64,000 nt of DNA from Heteronotia binoei. Taxonomy: Eukaryota. The stretch is taken from NCBI RefSeq assembly GCF_032191835.1, contig NC_083223.1, positions 81,592,001 through 81,656,000 of the forward strand. Reading direction: 5' to 3'. This document shows positions 1 to 13,209 of the stretch, piece after piece (position 1 is the first letter of the stretch; each line of letters starts with the position of its first letter). The notes beneath the pieces are model-generated. The model made no database searches, was not told the origin of the DNA, and saw only the letters and a list, made by a program, of their open reading frames with translations. Made by a program: the position numbers and the translations under genes.

Positions 1-299
1 CAGTAATTGGTGATAACTTAATATCCCTTGATAGAAAGATAACTTAATTTCCTTAGATAGAAAGTAATGCAGAAAAACACATTTATAAATTTACGTTGGA
101 ATATGATGTGATAGTCTTTGAAGCACCTTAACTCCTATTTGTTTTTACTATATTACATTCTATTTTTTCAAGAGAAACGTTACTCCAGCATAAATTCCAC
201 CAGTCTTTACGGAGCAAAGACTCTTTATTTATTTTTGCTGCAACACTTCTAGACTAATGCACTTAATAAAGTGAACTATAACCGATGCTGGAAAATTTT

Positions 300-513
300 T
301 GTTCCGCAGCTACGCCGTTTACCCGCTTAGAATTAAGTCTGGAAATGTTATAATTGTACCGAAGCCTCCAAACTGCAGGGGGCGCACGCGATCCCTGTCG
401 CTCCTTTATGGACTGTCACGCAGCAGGCGACGTTGACTCAGAAGTTCTCTCTCCTGTTCTGCTCACGGTTTAATTGGAACGTTGGCGACTGCTTAGCCTA
501 GTTTGGTAGAGAG
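300..513 (+). promoter_or_regulatory. SMIM8: CpG-rich promoter and probable non-coding first exon of SMIM8
   Basis: Local CpG enrichment. Strong donor AGAG|GTGAGT at 513/514. CTCF-like ACTGCAGGGGGCGCA near 372-386. The first coding exon at 3986 has an acceptor just before its ATG, so an upstream exon is implied. TSS not determined. Confidence 0.55.
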
Positions 514-2339
514 GTGAGTTGGAGAGCGAGGCGCCTTTTGCAAACTCACATTCAGAGTCGTGTCTGCCTACAGATTAAAATCCCCGACTGTCTGTCCTTA
601 CCTTTAGTTCTTGTTTGGGGTGTGCATGTGTCAAAAATAACCACCCCCACACTAGTTACTCCCGCTCCCCTCCGCCCTATTCTGCATTCATCAACCTGGA
701 ACATCCCACATTTGCGTTAATCAGGTTGCAATGCTTCCGGCGGTCATATTTTCAATCTAGGATACGTTACAATGTGTGGGGAGGCGTTCGTGATCCTGTG
801 ATGGCCAGTGTGAATGCATACGCCGTTAGACGTCTAGTCTAAACATGAGGTATTCCTTGCATCTTTAGGGAGAAGCACATTGGATTCAGTCAGTTTAGCA
901 GTGTGTTCACACAAAGATACGTTGTAAGGCTGTTAAGTTCATTTAGGTGCCTAAAAGGAAGAGTGTCTAGCATGGAAGTTCCAGGTTTATAGGATTTAGG
1001 TTGCCCTTCGCAGTTACTGCGAATTCTGAACTCTGTGGAATTTAAACTGAGAATGTTTGGCACTTTCCTATAATTAACAGGGCTGTTTTGTGACTAGTAT
1101 TCACTAACTTACTTTGTATTCTAAGCCATTCTTACCTTCTGTGATTCAATACCAATTGAAAGAAATATGTTCACTGGTGTTCCCTCCTCCTGTTTTCTTA
1201 ATTTTTTTTTTAAATAACTGCACTAAGAAAGAAGTCTCACTGAATTTGTGTGAAGGGGGTGGGGAAAGAGTAGGGTTAACAACCCCCTGGGAGGGGGAGA
1301 AAGACCTCTAATGGGATGCTGTTTTTCTCCATGTTATGAAAAGCTACACCTGACCATTTCCACATATTGGCTGAGTCCAGATCACCAGCTCAGGGTGGCA
1401 GCATGCTGACCTGGAAGTGAGCAGGTGGAAACTGGAGTGCCCCAGAGCGTCCAGATGGCCTGTGGAGCAGGGATGGGCTGCAGGCACCCCGGGGAATGTC
1501 CAGAGCACTCATGTGTACCTTCCACCACTTTTGGCGCTTCCCGGCTGTCCAGACGGCTGAAGAGGCGCCTTGGAGCAAGTGGTACCTTTTTGAGCTGGCT
1601 CCAGGTGAGGTGGGAATGGTATGGCAGGCAGATGTGCACATTTGGATGCGCTTTTTTGGTGTGCTTGTCCCTGGGGCAGCTTAAACTGCCTGTTTGAGCC
1701 CAGTCATTTAGTCCTATTAAAGAGGCTCTAGGAAATTGGCAAAAGCTAGAGAAGAGTATAACATATGTACAGCCTGGTTGTGTTTTTGTTACAAGTTTAC
1801 CTCTTACCTCCCTCCAAATAGCAAAACAAACAGCATTCAGGGATGTCAAACTCATTTGTTATGAGGGCCGGATCTGACAGAAATGTCACTTTGTTGGCCC
1901 AGGCTATGCATGCCATAAAATGTAACACAAGGTACCAGAGATATAAACTTTATAAAGGTGATTTCAGATGTTGAATGGCAACAGCAGGTGAATGATAATA
2001 GCAGGCTTGATTGGATTAGGTGTGATATGCAGAGTGGTAGTAGGGATGGTGATGGCAGCATTGGTAACAAGACAGGAAACCTGGATCTCAGTTCCATCCA
2101 GGAGGATGCAAAGAATAAATGGGCATAAGTTTGACATTAGAAACAACAGTATTCTGACCTAAGAGTGGCAGTGCTCTTGAAAAGGGAGATTAGAAAGAGG
2201 GGCTGCTGAATTGCAGTTGATAATGATGCTCAAGACAATGCATCCTCCTGAACTGAGAGCTAGTTTTTCTGTCTCCTTACCAATGTATACCATTATCATT
2301 TGACATCTGAAATCACTCTCCAAGATATAAGGGCCAATC

Positions 2340-2705
2340 CAAGACAGAGAGAGGCAAAGAAAGGGGCAGAGAAACAAACAGATAGAGAGGGAAGGGGGCA
2401 AATGGGCAGAGAGGGGGACAGAGAGAGAGAGAGGCAAAGAAAGAGGAGCAGAGAGGCAGACAGAGAGAGCCAAAGACAGAGAGGAGCAGAGAGGGAAAGG
2501 CAAAGAGACAGGGACAGACGCAGAGAGAGGGGCAGAGAAAGAGAGACAGGGGCAGAGAGGCAAACAGAGGCCAGAAGAGAGGCACAGAGAAAGGGACAGA
2601 GAGAGGGAGACAAAGGCACAGAGAAAGGGGCAGAGAGAGAGAGAGATAGGCAAAGAGACAGGGACAGACACAGAGGGCCAGAGAAAGAGAGGCAAAGAGA
2701 GAGGG
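2340..2705. repeat. GA-rich low-complexity/degenerate microsatellite
   Basis: Degenerate GAGAGGCA/GAGACA/AAAGGGGCA units; produces the spurious ER-rich and SL-rich ORFs in the track. Confidence 0.9.
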
Positions 2706-3190
2706 TGTCACGTTCTCAGGGTGCAGGCAGGCAGGAGTCCAAAGCCAGTCCAAGGTCAAAGTCCAGGATGTCAAGCAGGAGCCAAGTCACCAATGCAGAA
2801 TCAGAAGTCAATGTCCAAAAGCCAAAAGGTCAAGGAAATTAAGCAGGTCAGGATCAGGAAGGAGCATGTATGCAAGCCAGAGAACAGAGTTTTTGCTTCC
2901 ACAAGGTTACCAGGAGTCTCAATCAGCCTGCTCCCTGGGTGGCAGTGACTCTGCTAGAACTAAGGGCTGAGAGATCTGAAGCATCGGCGTGCCTCATGTC
3001 TTCACTCTGAAAGTTCTTTCTGGAGCCTGCTTCAAACTCTTGAGATGGGAGGAGGAGAGCTTGGAGGAGATTGATCATCAACAGCTGACACTGGTGCCTG
3101 GAGAGTGATTGATGGGCCAGCTGCTGTTTGTTCAGCTGAGGAACTGGCTGGCAACTCTTCCAGGTCTGTTAACCTTTCCAGCTCCTCCTC
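2706..3190. mobile_element. Solo LTR, truncated at one end, inside the GA-rich tract
   Basis: Starts TGTCACGTTCTCAGG. Homologous in inverted orientation to the complete solo LTR at 31711-32191; lacks the last ~15 nt. Confidence 0.8.
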
Positions 3191-3365
3191 AAAGAGACGG
3201 GGCAGAGAGGCAGAGAAAGGGGACAAGGAGAGAGAGGCAGAAAGAGAGAGAGGCCCAGAGAAAGGGGCAGAGAGGCACAGAGAAAGGAGAGGGAAGGGGC
3301 TAGAGGCACAGGGAGAGAGAGAAAGGCAAAGAAATAAGGGAAAAGAAAGGGGCAGAGGGGGAGAG
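3191..3365. repeat. Continuation of the GA-rich low-complexity tract
   Basis: Same degenerate units as 2340-2705, resuming directly after the LTR. Confidence 0.85.
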
Positions 3366-3985
3366 AGGCTTATCTTTGTATCTCTCCCACGCAAAGCAGC
3401 CATGGAACTCTCCCTGTACCTGTGTGAGAGAGAGCAAGGGAGGAAAGAGGCAGGAAATAGGAACAGGAAACAGAGCCATGGAAGGAGCTGAGGGGAAAGT
3501 AAGGTAAGGTGCAGCTGCAGCTGCATCTCTGGAAAGGAGGCAGGAGAAGGGGGTTGCTTGGGGAGATGGATTTGACACCTCTACAGGCTGTATTGGGCCT
3601 GTGGGCCAGACATTTGACATTCCTGTTCTACATTAATTTTCCTTATTTAAACATCAGTTCACCGTCTTGAGTTGAGGGTGGGTGGCTATGTGGGTGAAAC
3701 TTGCAAAGGAATAATACAGGAATAATACATATTCTTTCTATGATTGCACAAAACATATGACTCTTCCTTCTTCAGACCAGGTATTTGATATTTCCCTGAA
3801 AAATTACCTCCAATATGTTCACATTCATTTATATCCAGTTGTTTTCTTAATTTCACTGGTTGTTCACTTTCCACTTTCACATTGTCATTATATATCTATA
3901 TAAATATTTCCTTTGTACAACATTATTTCCAACAACGCCCTAAAGTATACCCCAATTTAATTTAAATGTTTTACACAGCAAGAGA

Positions 3986-4120
3986 ATGTCCTCAGCATCT
4001 CCGCCTCCAGATTTACAACATGAAGCATCCAAGGAGAAAGAGTATCGAGTTCCAGGCCTGCGAAGTGTCCGGACCACTACCCTGTTTCGTGCTGTGAACC
4101 CAGAACTTTTCATTAAACCT
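3986..4120 (+). CDS. SMIM8: SMIM8 coding exon 1
   Basis: [45 protein letters not shown]. Acceptor ACACAG at 3978, donor GTAAGT at 4121. The [17 protein letters not shown] motif is characteristic of SMIM8. Confidence 0.95.
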
Positions 4121-4997
4121 GTAAGTTGATTGTTTAGAAATCTGCGCATTTAATGAGTCATACTGATCTGGTTTTTATATTCTTTACGTTAAATTTCATT
4201 ATAGGTTGCTCAATTTTTTTAAAATTCGCAAGCTACTTCTGTTTTGGATGAAAATATGTAAGCAGATACCATTCTAATGAGAACCACATGCTATATTTCA
4301 GAAACAGACAAAATATTTCAATAAAAGCACACTTGAGATTAATGTGGTATAAAATAGGTAAGTATCATATGTATACTTCTGGTGGAGAAATCCACACCTC
4401 AGTAACTATAGACTGAAATCAGTAGGTTTCAGTATGCCTAATTCTTTGTTGGATTGTGGTTGAAATTTCTTATGTACCCTGCCACTTGTAAGCTGCAAAA
4501 TTAAGAAAGGTAAAGTGTCCACCAGTGTTATTTATTAGATTTATATATTCCACTTTATCATTTTATTAGATAGTGGGAATATAAATATAAAATACAAAAT
4601 ATTTTCGAATGAGTATATAAATAAAAATATATATATACTCATCATCACAGTGAGTTTTCTCAAATGCAAACATTTCCATCTCTAAGGGCTTCATAATCTA
4701 TGTCAAGAATTTAAGATATAAACATGACAAAAATGAGATGGCATTCTTAGTTACATAAAAATCAAAAAGAGGTGAAGCAGGTTAATTCTTTTGAACTCCT
4801 CTTTCTCGGTCAAATTCAAAGCAGAAGTGGATAAAAATATATATTTATTGTTATGGTCCTTGAAACAGCTATTCAGACTCAGGGCTTTTTATTTAATATT
4901 TGTCTTTGTAGGTAAGAATGTTTTGGGTATGTTACATGGATTAAATGAAATATTTTAGATTAAAAAGCAGGTATGTAATGTTTTGTTTTCTTCACAG

Positions 4998-5156
4998 AAC
5001 AAACCTGTTATGGCTTTGGGGCTTATAACAATTACACTTTGCGTAGCCTACATTGGGTACTTGCACGCCCAACAAGAGAATAAAAAGGACATCTATGAAG
5101 CCATCGACAGTGAGGGAAACAGACACACAAGGCGGAAGACTTCGAAATGGGACTAA
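4998..5156 (+). CDS. SMIM8: SMIM8 coding exon 2 (TM helix and stop)
   Basis: [52 protein letters not shown]. Acceptor TTCACAG. Total 97 aa. Confidence 0.95.
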   Translation, partial: NKPVMALGLITITLCVAYIGYLHAQQENKKDIYEAIDSEGNRHTRRKTSKWD

Positions 5157-5338
5157 AGAAGTTAACACAATAGTGTGTATGAATCATTGTAGAAGAGGAG
5201 ACAAATAACTGGATGCAGCTTCCTGAATTTTTTTCAGGCTCTGGAGCATCAGCTTTTTTCAGTACAATAATGTATCTTTTGGAATGTAATCCACTTTTAA
5301 TCAACAGGTATAAAATGTTATTGCCTGTAAATACTGTG

Positions 5339-5344
5339 AATAAA
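5339..5344 (+). terminator. SMIM8: Candidate polyadenylation signal of SMIM8
   Basis: AATAAA about 180 nt after the stop, followed by a TG-rich tract. Confidence 0.5.
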
Positions 5345-5856
5345 TGCCAGCATTATTAAGTGTGTGTGTGTAATTTACTGTGTTATAAACATCATAATGA
5401 TGAGCATTTAAAATTTCTTCTAGCAATTTAAAAAATGAACAATGTTGTCATTTATTTTAGTTAGCAAATGCCTGGTGGAAGAGCACTGCTTTGCAGGCCC
5501 TGCAGAACTGTGAAAGAAATAAAAAAATGTTTTAAAAGGAAAACCCTGACATGCTAAATGTAAAAGATCTCCTTGGGAGGCTGCCTAACACAAACTGATG
5601 TCTAAAATGCTTTTATGATCAAAGCTTGCCCTGCCTAGCAACAGTTGCTGAGGAGAGTTGGCCTATACTCTCATAACCACCTGATACACAGAGCTCTTTA
5701 ACACCAGAGCTTCAAGAGAAACAATCAGCCACTTCAGACACCTCCATCTTACCAAACCATGATCAATCCTTCTCTTCTGACCAGTACGGAATCTAAGGAA
5801 GCACCAAATCAATTCAGGTTGGGCTGCAAGAACAAAGAGCGCACATCTGCATTTAG

Positions 5857-6177
<321 letters not shown>

Positions 6178-6379
6178 TAATGTATCCATACTTAGGAGAA
6201 TGTTGGCAGTGAAAAAGAAAACTAAGAACTGGAAAGCTTGTAGAAAAGGCAACTCAAAATACTTAAGGAGTGGGGGAAATCTTTGGAGGGAAAGTCATTT
6301 TTAGGGGAAGGGTTTTCAGCTTTGTAGGTACAAAGAACAATAAAGGTATATAAATAATGAGGATGTAACAAATTATTTG

Positions 6380-6540
6380 GCTGGCCCTGGATGGGAGACC
6401 TCAAGGAATACTAGGATGGGAGACCTCAAGGAATACTAGGGGTGTGATGTGGAAGCAGGCAATGGCAAACCGCCTGTGAATGTTTCTTGCCTTGAAAACT
6501 CTTTGGGGGTCACCATGAGTCAGTTGTGACTTGATGCCAC
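6380..6540 (+). mobile_element. 5S rRNA-derived SINE fragment with Sauria/RTE-like tail
   Basis: GGATGGGAGACC...GGAATAC resembles the 5S box C region (a ~26-bp unit is tandemly duplicated). It is followed by GCAGGCAATGGCAAACC...GTGACTTGA. Confidence 0.6.
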
Positions 6541-6589
6541 AATATTTATGCACTGTTCCTGCTAGAAATCAGTAGCACGATGTGTTGTA

Positions 6590-6805
6590 TAGTATAGTGT
6601 AGTAGTTGTATGGACTAATTGACTAGGATCTGAGGGGCTTCAGGTTTGGATCCCCACTCTGCAGTGGACGTCTGCTGAGTACCTTGGGCCAGTCAAAAAA
6701 CGCTCCTACCTCACTGGGTGGTTGTCAGGAAAAAGAAGAGGAGAGGAGAATTATGTAAGCCACTTTGGGTCCCCCTTGGAGAGAAAAGCAGACTGTAATA
6801 AATAA
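6590..6805 (+). mobile_element. tRNA-derived SINE with L2-type tail (Squam2-like), old copy
   Basis: Degenerate tRNA-like head, CTACCTCACTGGGTGGTTGT core, TAAGCCACTTTGGG...AATAAATAA tail. Similar decayed copies occur near 7300-7470, 15280-15510, 23600-23770, 33985-34130 and 60180-60330. Confidence 0.6.
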
Positions 6806-7703
6806 GTATTCTATCACGTGTTGGTTCAAGGCAGGCCGAAGGAATTCATTGCCATAAGATACTCTGATTCCTTTTAGAATAGATCAGTTAATACAAACGA
6901 GATAATATGAACATGGAGGAAAGGTCTATCAGTAACAACCAGGATGGTGCTCCATCAAAGGTGCCTGATTAATGCAAGTTCCCCCATCTTTGAAGGAGAA
7001 AAGCAGTGTAAGTTAGATGCACACAACTAGCTGTCAAAATAAAGCTCCTGCTTTATATCTAACAGAATCTGAGAAAGAGGAGCAGCTCTGTCATTGCTAT
7101 AGCAGAGTTATTTTATGCCATAGCGGTGCACTGTCCTATTTATGTGTATGTAGATTATACTGGATGGTGCCTGGTGATTTATAGGCAGAACCAGATTAGT
7201 GACTCATGGGCAGGCAGTTCAGCCCCTGCTTAACATGCCTGCTCAACAGGACATATTTACTTGACACTGGGGCATGCAGTTTCATACTCTTACTTCTAAG
7301 AAGCTTAAGGCAATATACATGTTTCTTCCCTCCTCCATTGAATTTTCATGTTAACCACAGGAGACAGGTGAGACAGAGGAAATGACTATCCCGAGGTCAC
7401 TCAGTAAATTTTCACAGCCAGTAGGGATTTGAGCTGGCGTTTCTCTAGTCTCAGTCTAACCGCTATGCTATACTATTGTTCTCTTTTAATGAAAGTTATC
7501 AGACAGCTGTTTATTTTGGTTAAGTTGCACATTTTTGTTAAAATCAACACAAACTCAACAGATTAAAAATAATAATGGGAACCAGACTACAGAGAATGTT
7601 TGCAGTTTAATTTTTAAAATGACAATATCAAGCAAGGATGGCATTTGCAGTTTGTATATAATTGGGAGTGTTGTGCTTCTTAATCATTTGTCAACTTATA
7701 TAG

Positions 7704-7798
7704 ATGTTGGGGCAGACATTAAGGAACAAGAAGCACACAGAAGAGAACAAGAAGTACAAATAAGGATTGAAAAAGTACAAAATAAACTGTTGAATGAG
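7704..7798 (+). CDS. C6orf163: C6orf163 homolog exon 2
   Basis: (D)VGADIKEQEAHRREQEVQIRIEKVQNKLLNE. Acceptor TATAG, donor GTAAAT, phases compatible. Confidence 0.88.
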
Positions 7799-10700
7799 GT
7801 AAATGAAACTATTCTGTTGCCATTACGTTAAGACCTCTCTTTCACTGGGGTCGGTAAAATGAGTACCCAGTTTGCTGGGGGTAAAGCGCAGATGACGGGG
7901 GAAGGCAATGGCATAACAAAAAGTCTGCCAAGCAAATGTTGTGATGTGACATCACTCCATGGGTTGCTAATGACTTGGTGCTTGCATAGGGGACTACCTT
8001 TACTTTTGCTATACCTGTGTAGGCAGTATACGATACAGGTTTAAACAGATATAAGTCTTACAAAGCATACGGACTTAGGTTGACTTGATAATCTACGTAT
8101 GGAGCAGAGTCTGTTTATAGTGCTTAAGAGAATGCTAAAGAACATCCCATAAATTATCGAGGGGGGAGAGAGCTGCTACCCTCAGCCCTTTAGAAAGGGT
8201 GACAACTCTGTTTCTGCCATGCTGTGAAATAATGCAATATGAAGCAAAATGTTTATGCTGTTGTCCTGTGTGTAACTTATGGGTGGGTATTGAGTCCTTG
8301 AAATCAATGCAACATACTCCCAAATTAGTGAGCCCAGAATTTCTGCCTCAGGCTGTGATCAGAGTTCTCAACAGTAGGCGTGAATAAACCTGTAACCCAG
8401 AGGACAAGATTTGGCCTAGAGCCAAGACAACAGTTCTTTAATTTCTGGGGGGAAGTTTCCATCCAGTGATGTTCCAGAACAGCATTTTTAAACACTGGCC
8501 CTTTGGTGTATTTGATGCATTTTCCAGTCATTGGATGGCATGGATTTGTTGGAAAGAATCATTACAGTATTTAGTTTGTCCACTTACAGGCCGAGATTTA
8601 ATAATTATCTTAGGCTCAAGAGGAAAATACTGTTTAACACCAAAAAAAGCCCCATGATCCCATAAAGCATCCACCCCAGATCCATATTAAATCCAGATAG
8701 TAGCCTGGCAACTCTCTATTTCATCAAGAGGAACTTGAAATCCTTGCTTTGTCAGTGGCTTGGTAGTAGGGTTGCCTGGTCTGTGTTGGAAAATACCTGG
8801 AGACTTGGGGGGGTGGATCTGGGCTGTAAAAGCAGGAGATCGCCAGGTCCCACCTGGAGACTGGCAACCAGTGCTACTAATTAACTAATAGGACATTGGA
8901 CTAATTCAGATAAGTTAACTTGTACACTGGAAAAAGATTTTTTCCAAGGTTCTCTGAAGAGTTTTCAATCTATTAATTAGGTGGGTTTGCCCCTCAAATG
9001 ATTCAAACAGACTTGTTTCCATTGATTCAAGGTGAAATCCCGTAGCTGCCTTAGTAGTTTCATCCTTGGGGGCCTTCATCTGATCATTAATAGAGGATGT
9101 GGAAGGAACAGTCATTTGCTGAGAAGGTGAAACGAGATCAATGAGAATAGGCTCTTCACTAGACTTTTTTCCTTCCAGTCTTTGCCCAGATACAGAAGAC
9201 TTACTAGGAAGTAGAGGGACTAACCTCTGTGGGTTCTTTCACATGGTGACTGTTGCAAGTGGATTCTGCTATTCTCACACATTAAAAATCCAGTTGCAAA
9301 CCACATTATTCAGTGTGTGTGAATGCATCCAGTGTATCAAAAGCACTAATGGTGAATATTGTAGTGTCTGAGATGTGATACTTTAGAGCATATTAAAGAT
9401 GGCAAATTTGTAGAATAAAAAGAAGGGGCTACATTCCCACAAATGAAACCTGGGATCCATTCCACATATCACAAGTCAATTAACCTTAAATCCTGGTTCA
9501 AAAGAAAAGCTAAATGCTGTTTTGCTTCCCATGTGTTGTTCCAGGAAATAAGTGTACTATGACAAGAAACTATATTTAAAACTATTTTATTTTTGTTTAA
9601 AGAAAGAGGCCCTAAATTTACAGAACTAGCCTTTTTTTTTACTTAGATTTTTTGGCATCAGAAGCTGATTTTTGCCAGGTGTTGTCAGCATTAAACCTTT
9701 TGATTTCTCATTCAACTTCCTGGCGTCTGAAGGTTTACCATCTTGTTTCAGAACATCACCCTCCCTTTAAAGGATACAATGAACACAAGAAAGGGTTTTT
9801 TTTAAGTTGATCTGTCAGGTCATTAAGTTTGGTATGGATTTTTAAAAAGTGTCTCAGCTATTTAAAAGGGTTGGATAGCAAACATATTATAATTAAAAAA
9901 CCACCTTCTTTCTCAAAAGGAAGACAATTACTAGATGAATTAAAAACCCTTCTCCTCATTGGTCTCCATGGAGAAGAAGGAGCTAGTTCTTCCACAACAG
10001 TATTACCAGAAAGAACTGGCACAACTTTGTTAAGATATCTGTATTTGTTTATTATGTATAAAGAAGCTGCTGCACAAAAATAATAATCTATTATAGGATG
10101 TGATCACAAACACTAATTGATGTACTTTCAATCCACATTCAATGTACTTCCCAACTGGATTTTACTGGGTGAACTGGCAAAATCCAGTTGGAAAGCACAT
10201 CAAAAGTGGATTGAAAGTGCATTATTTAGTGTGTGTGATCAAAGCCCAGCAGGAACTTATTTGCATATTAGGCCACACCCACTGACATCACCATTGTTTT
10301 ACATAGGGCTTTTTGTAGAAAAAGCTCAGTAGGACCTCATTTGCATTTTAAGCCACACCCTCTGGCACCAAGCCAGCCAGAACTGCGTTCCTGCTCAAAA
10401 AAACCCTGGTTGTTATCATTAAAAGGTAATGCCTTCTTAGTCCCCACAGCCCAACTTCCAAATAATTAACTGTAAAGTGTATCCTCCAAATTATTATATT
10501 GGTAGTAGTGGCAACAAAAGTATAGAACCCCCTCCCAAGAAACCCACATTAAAATAATAAAAATAAAACAAGTAAAGCACAACATGGAAAAAATTGCCAG
10601 CTATAGAAACAAAGAAGTGTAGTCTGTCTCTTGTCTGTACACCAGCCGCTCTCTTCTTACACCCAAAGCTAATTTGCCTGCACTCAGCATCTTATCAGAA

Positions 10701-12338
10701 TGAACTAATGCAGAAAAGAAACTCAAGCCTGCCAGTACAGGTGCCTTAAAACAAAAACAAAGTGAAACTCAAACCAGCAAGTCCGAAAGAACAGATATAA
10801 TAGATAATAAAAGTGAAAAAGAAAACACAGTTCTTCAAAGAGCACAACAGAGCACCACTGCTCAGCCAACCAGAACCCGAATCAGTACTTTTGCAGAGTT
10901 TCCTACAATTCTCACTGAACTGCAGTAGGAATAACAAAATGCACCTAATGAGAATCCTGTGAGTGCATGTGAGGACTACATCACTCAGTCTCAGCCTACA
11001 GTCAGGTTTAAATGAGATGTGGGAAACACATGGAACCCTTTTAGCCTTTAAAAGACCATGTTAGTGCATTGAAAACCTGAACACACTTAAACAAATAACA
11101 TTTATTTAAAAGGTGAGGGAAACTACAGGGTCAGACTGGGAGCTTTATCAAACAGTAAGAATAAAAATTATAATGGCAATCTCAAATGGGGGGGGGGGGA
11201 GTGAAGGAAGTCTTCTAGCCACTTTTCCTCACATTCACCAGGAAGCCACTTCCTCATAGTCACCAAAAAGCTATACTCTCACAGGATAGAAGGCTCACTC
11301 CAGGGGATGGCCACTCCTCTGCTAACTGCCTTTCTCTTTCTCCACAGTCTATTTACCCTAGGAACTTCTTCCATAGAAATGCTTTACATAAACACTTCAG
11401 CTACTTTTTTTTAGCTACTTCTCCCTCTTGGAGTACATCCCTCCTTTTTCAGCCCTGTGCCAGGCAACTATTCACCCAGCCTCTCTGAAGGAAGCATCTC
11501 CTTCTAGAGGGCAGCATTTCCAGGCTAGGCCCATTGTGCAGGTGAAAACATGTAACACATATTAAAATAATAAATATTTTTAGAAGGCTTACACACATAA
11601 AGCGTTTTACTTTGCTGGCATGAACCTCCATAGCAAATAGCCTTAACAAATTGTTACACAGCACTGAGGTGCAGATAGGGTTGTCAGCCTCCTGCTTTTA
11701 CAGCTGATCTCCAGCAGGCAGAGATCAGCTCCCTTGGAGAAAATGGCCGCTTTGAAGGGTAGACTCTATGGCATTGTACCATGCTGAGGCTTCTCCCCTC
11801 CCTGAACCTTGCCCTCTCCCAGATCCACCCCCAAAGTTCCCACATATTTTCTAAGACAGACCTGGCAGAGCCGTTTCCAAAGCCCTGTCCCTCCGGGTGG
11901 TGGTATAGTAAGCCTCTGTTTGTAATCTGGAAAGTACAGCCTAGTAACATGTATCTGTCCTCACAATAAAAGACCTGGACCATAATCATGACCACTATAT
12001 TGGAGCATTCTTCCCCCCCCCATCCTGCTGATTTTAACCTGGGCTTTTTTTCTAGGAAAAAAAACAAAGCAGGAACTTATTTGCATATTAGGTCACACCC
12101 CTGACATCACCATTGTTTTGCACAGAGCTCTTTTGTATAGAAAAAGCACAGCAGGAACTCTTTGCATATCAGGTCACACCCCTGATGCCATTGAGCCAGA
12201 ACTGCATTCCTGCTCAAAAAAAGCCCTGAATTTAACTAGCTACAGACAAATGAATCAATCTAGAGAGCCACTTAATGCCCAGCATTAGGATGGCCTATGT
12301 ATTTAGCTTATTTGTATTTATTATGACTTGTTTGATAG

Positions 12339-12446
12339 GCTGAGAGGGAAAAAGAAGAGGCTGTGGATGATGCTCTCGTACGTGCTGCAGCTCTCCACAT
12401 GCGAGACATAGAAGAGCTTAAAAAGAAACATGAACAAGAACTGCAG
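12339..12446 (+). CDS. C6orf163: C6orf163 homolog exon 3
   Basis: AEREKEEAVDDALVRAAALHMRDIEELKKKHEQELQ. Acceptor TGATAG, donor CAG|GTTGGT. Confidence 0.88.
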
Positions 12447-13006
12447 GTTGGTGGTCATTTTGCTTTCATCTTAACAGCAGATTTTAAACAGATAGAAATT
12501 GCACATGGTATGATCCTGGACATGTAGATGCCATTCGTGCCTGGATATTTCATGCTGCAGATTGCAGAAACTTCTCTGCATCTGAAAGACTAATGTGGCA
12601 GGGTGAAGATTAAACTCAAACTCCTGATAAGCTAGCTTCAAACTGGCAGGGAATTTTTTTTATATTGGGAGAATTTAAAGCAGCAACATGCTATGGACAT
12701 TTTTAGGACATTCTACAGATTAGGTGGCACTAAATTTTTTAAATTAGAATTTTATAGTATACTTTATTATAGCACATTTGCAGCTAATTGATACATAGTT
12801 CTTTTAGAGCTGTGCTTGTGTAACATCCAGAAAAGAATTAGTCCACAGCCACTCACTGTGCAGTCCAGACTTCAATGGATTTAGAAGGGTATAGCCTCAC
12901 TGACTTGTGAAACAGCCATTCTTTCTTGACCTGTTTTATTTAAGCATGGCAAAAGAAACATTTTGATTACTTTCTTAGCTGACATTGATTTCTAATGCTG
13001 TTAAAG

Positions 13007-13209
13007 GTGGCTGTGATGAATACAAGGACAGAAATGCTGAAGCATCTGGAAGTGGAGCTGAAGAGAGAATCGGAAGCAGCTGAACAACGAATGACCCACA
13101 AACTCCAACGCCTCATGCTTGAGATCTCTCTGGAGAAAGTGACAGCTGTGGCCGAAGCTAGGGAACAGGAGAGATCCAAAGCAGCTGAAGCTCTGACCAA
13201 GCAACAAGC
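13007..13209 (+). CDS. C6orf163: C6orf163 homolog exon 4 (coiled coil)
   Basis: VAVMNTRTEMLKHLEVELKRESEAAEQRMTHKL...EALTKQQ. Acceptor TTAAAG, donor GC|GTAATT. Confidence 0.88.

Noticed and set aside
1375-1700. GC-rich block with overlapping ORFs in SMIM8 intron 1
   Set aside because: No recognisable protein motif, termini or splice pattern; probably an unclassified repeat.
2159-3620. Cluster of long ORFs (up to 180 aa) on both strands
   Set aside because: Products of GA-rich low-complexity sequence and a solo LTR; no splice structure or recognisable domain.
8259-8432. Short TGTTGTC...GACAACA-bounded segment with AATAAA
   Set aside because: Could be a small solo LTR, but there is no TSD and no second copy in the window.
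10698-10930. Hydrophilic open frame and possible 42-nt cassette exon in C6orf163 intron 2
   Set aside because: No start codon, weak donor (GTGCCT), and the five-exon model already gives a full-length 329-aa protein.
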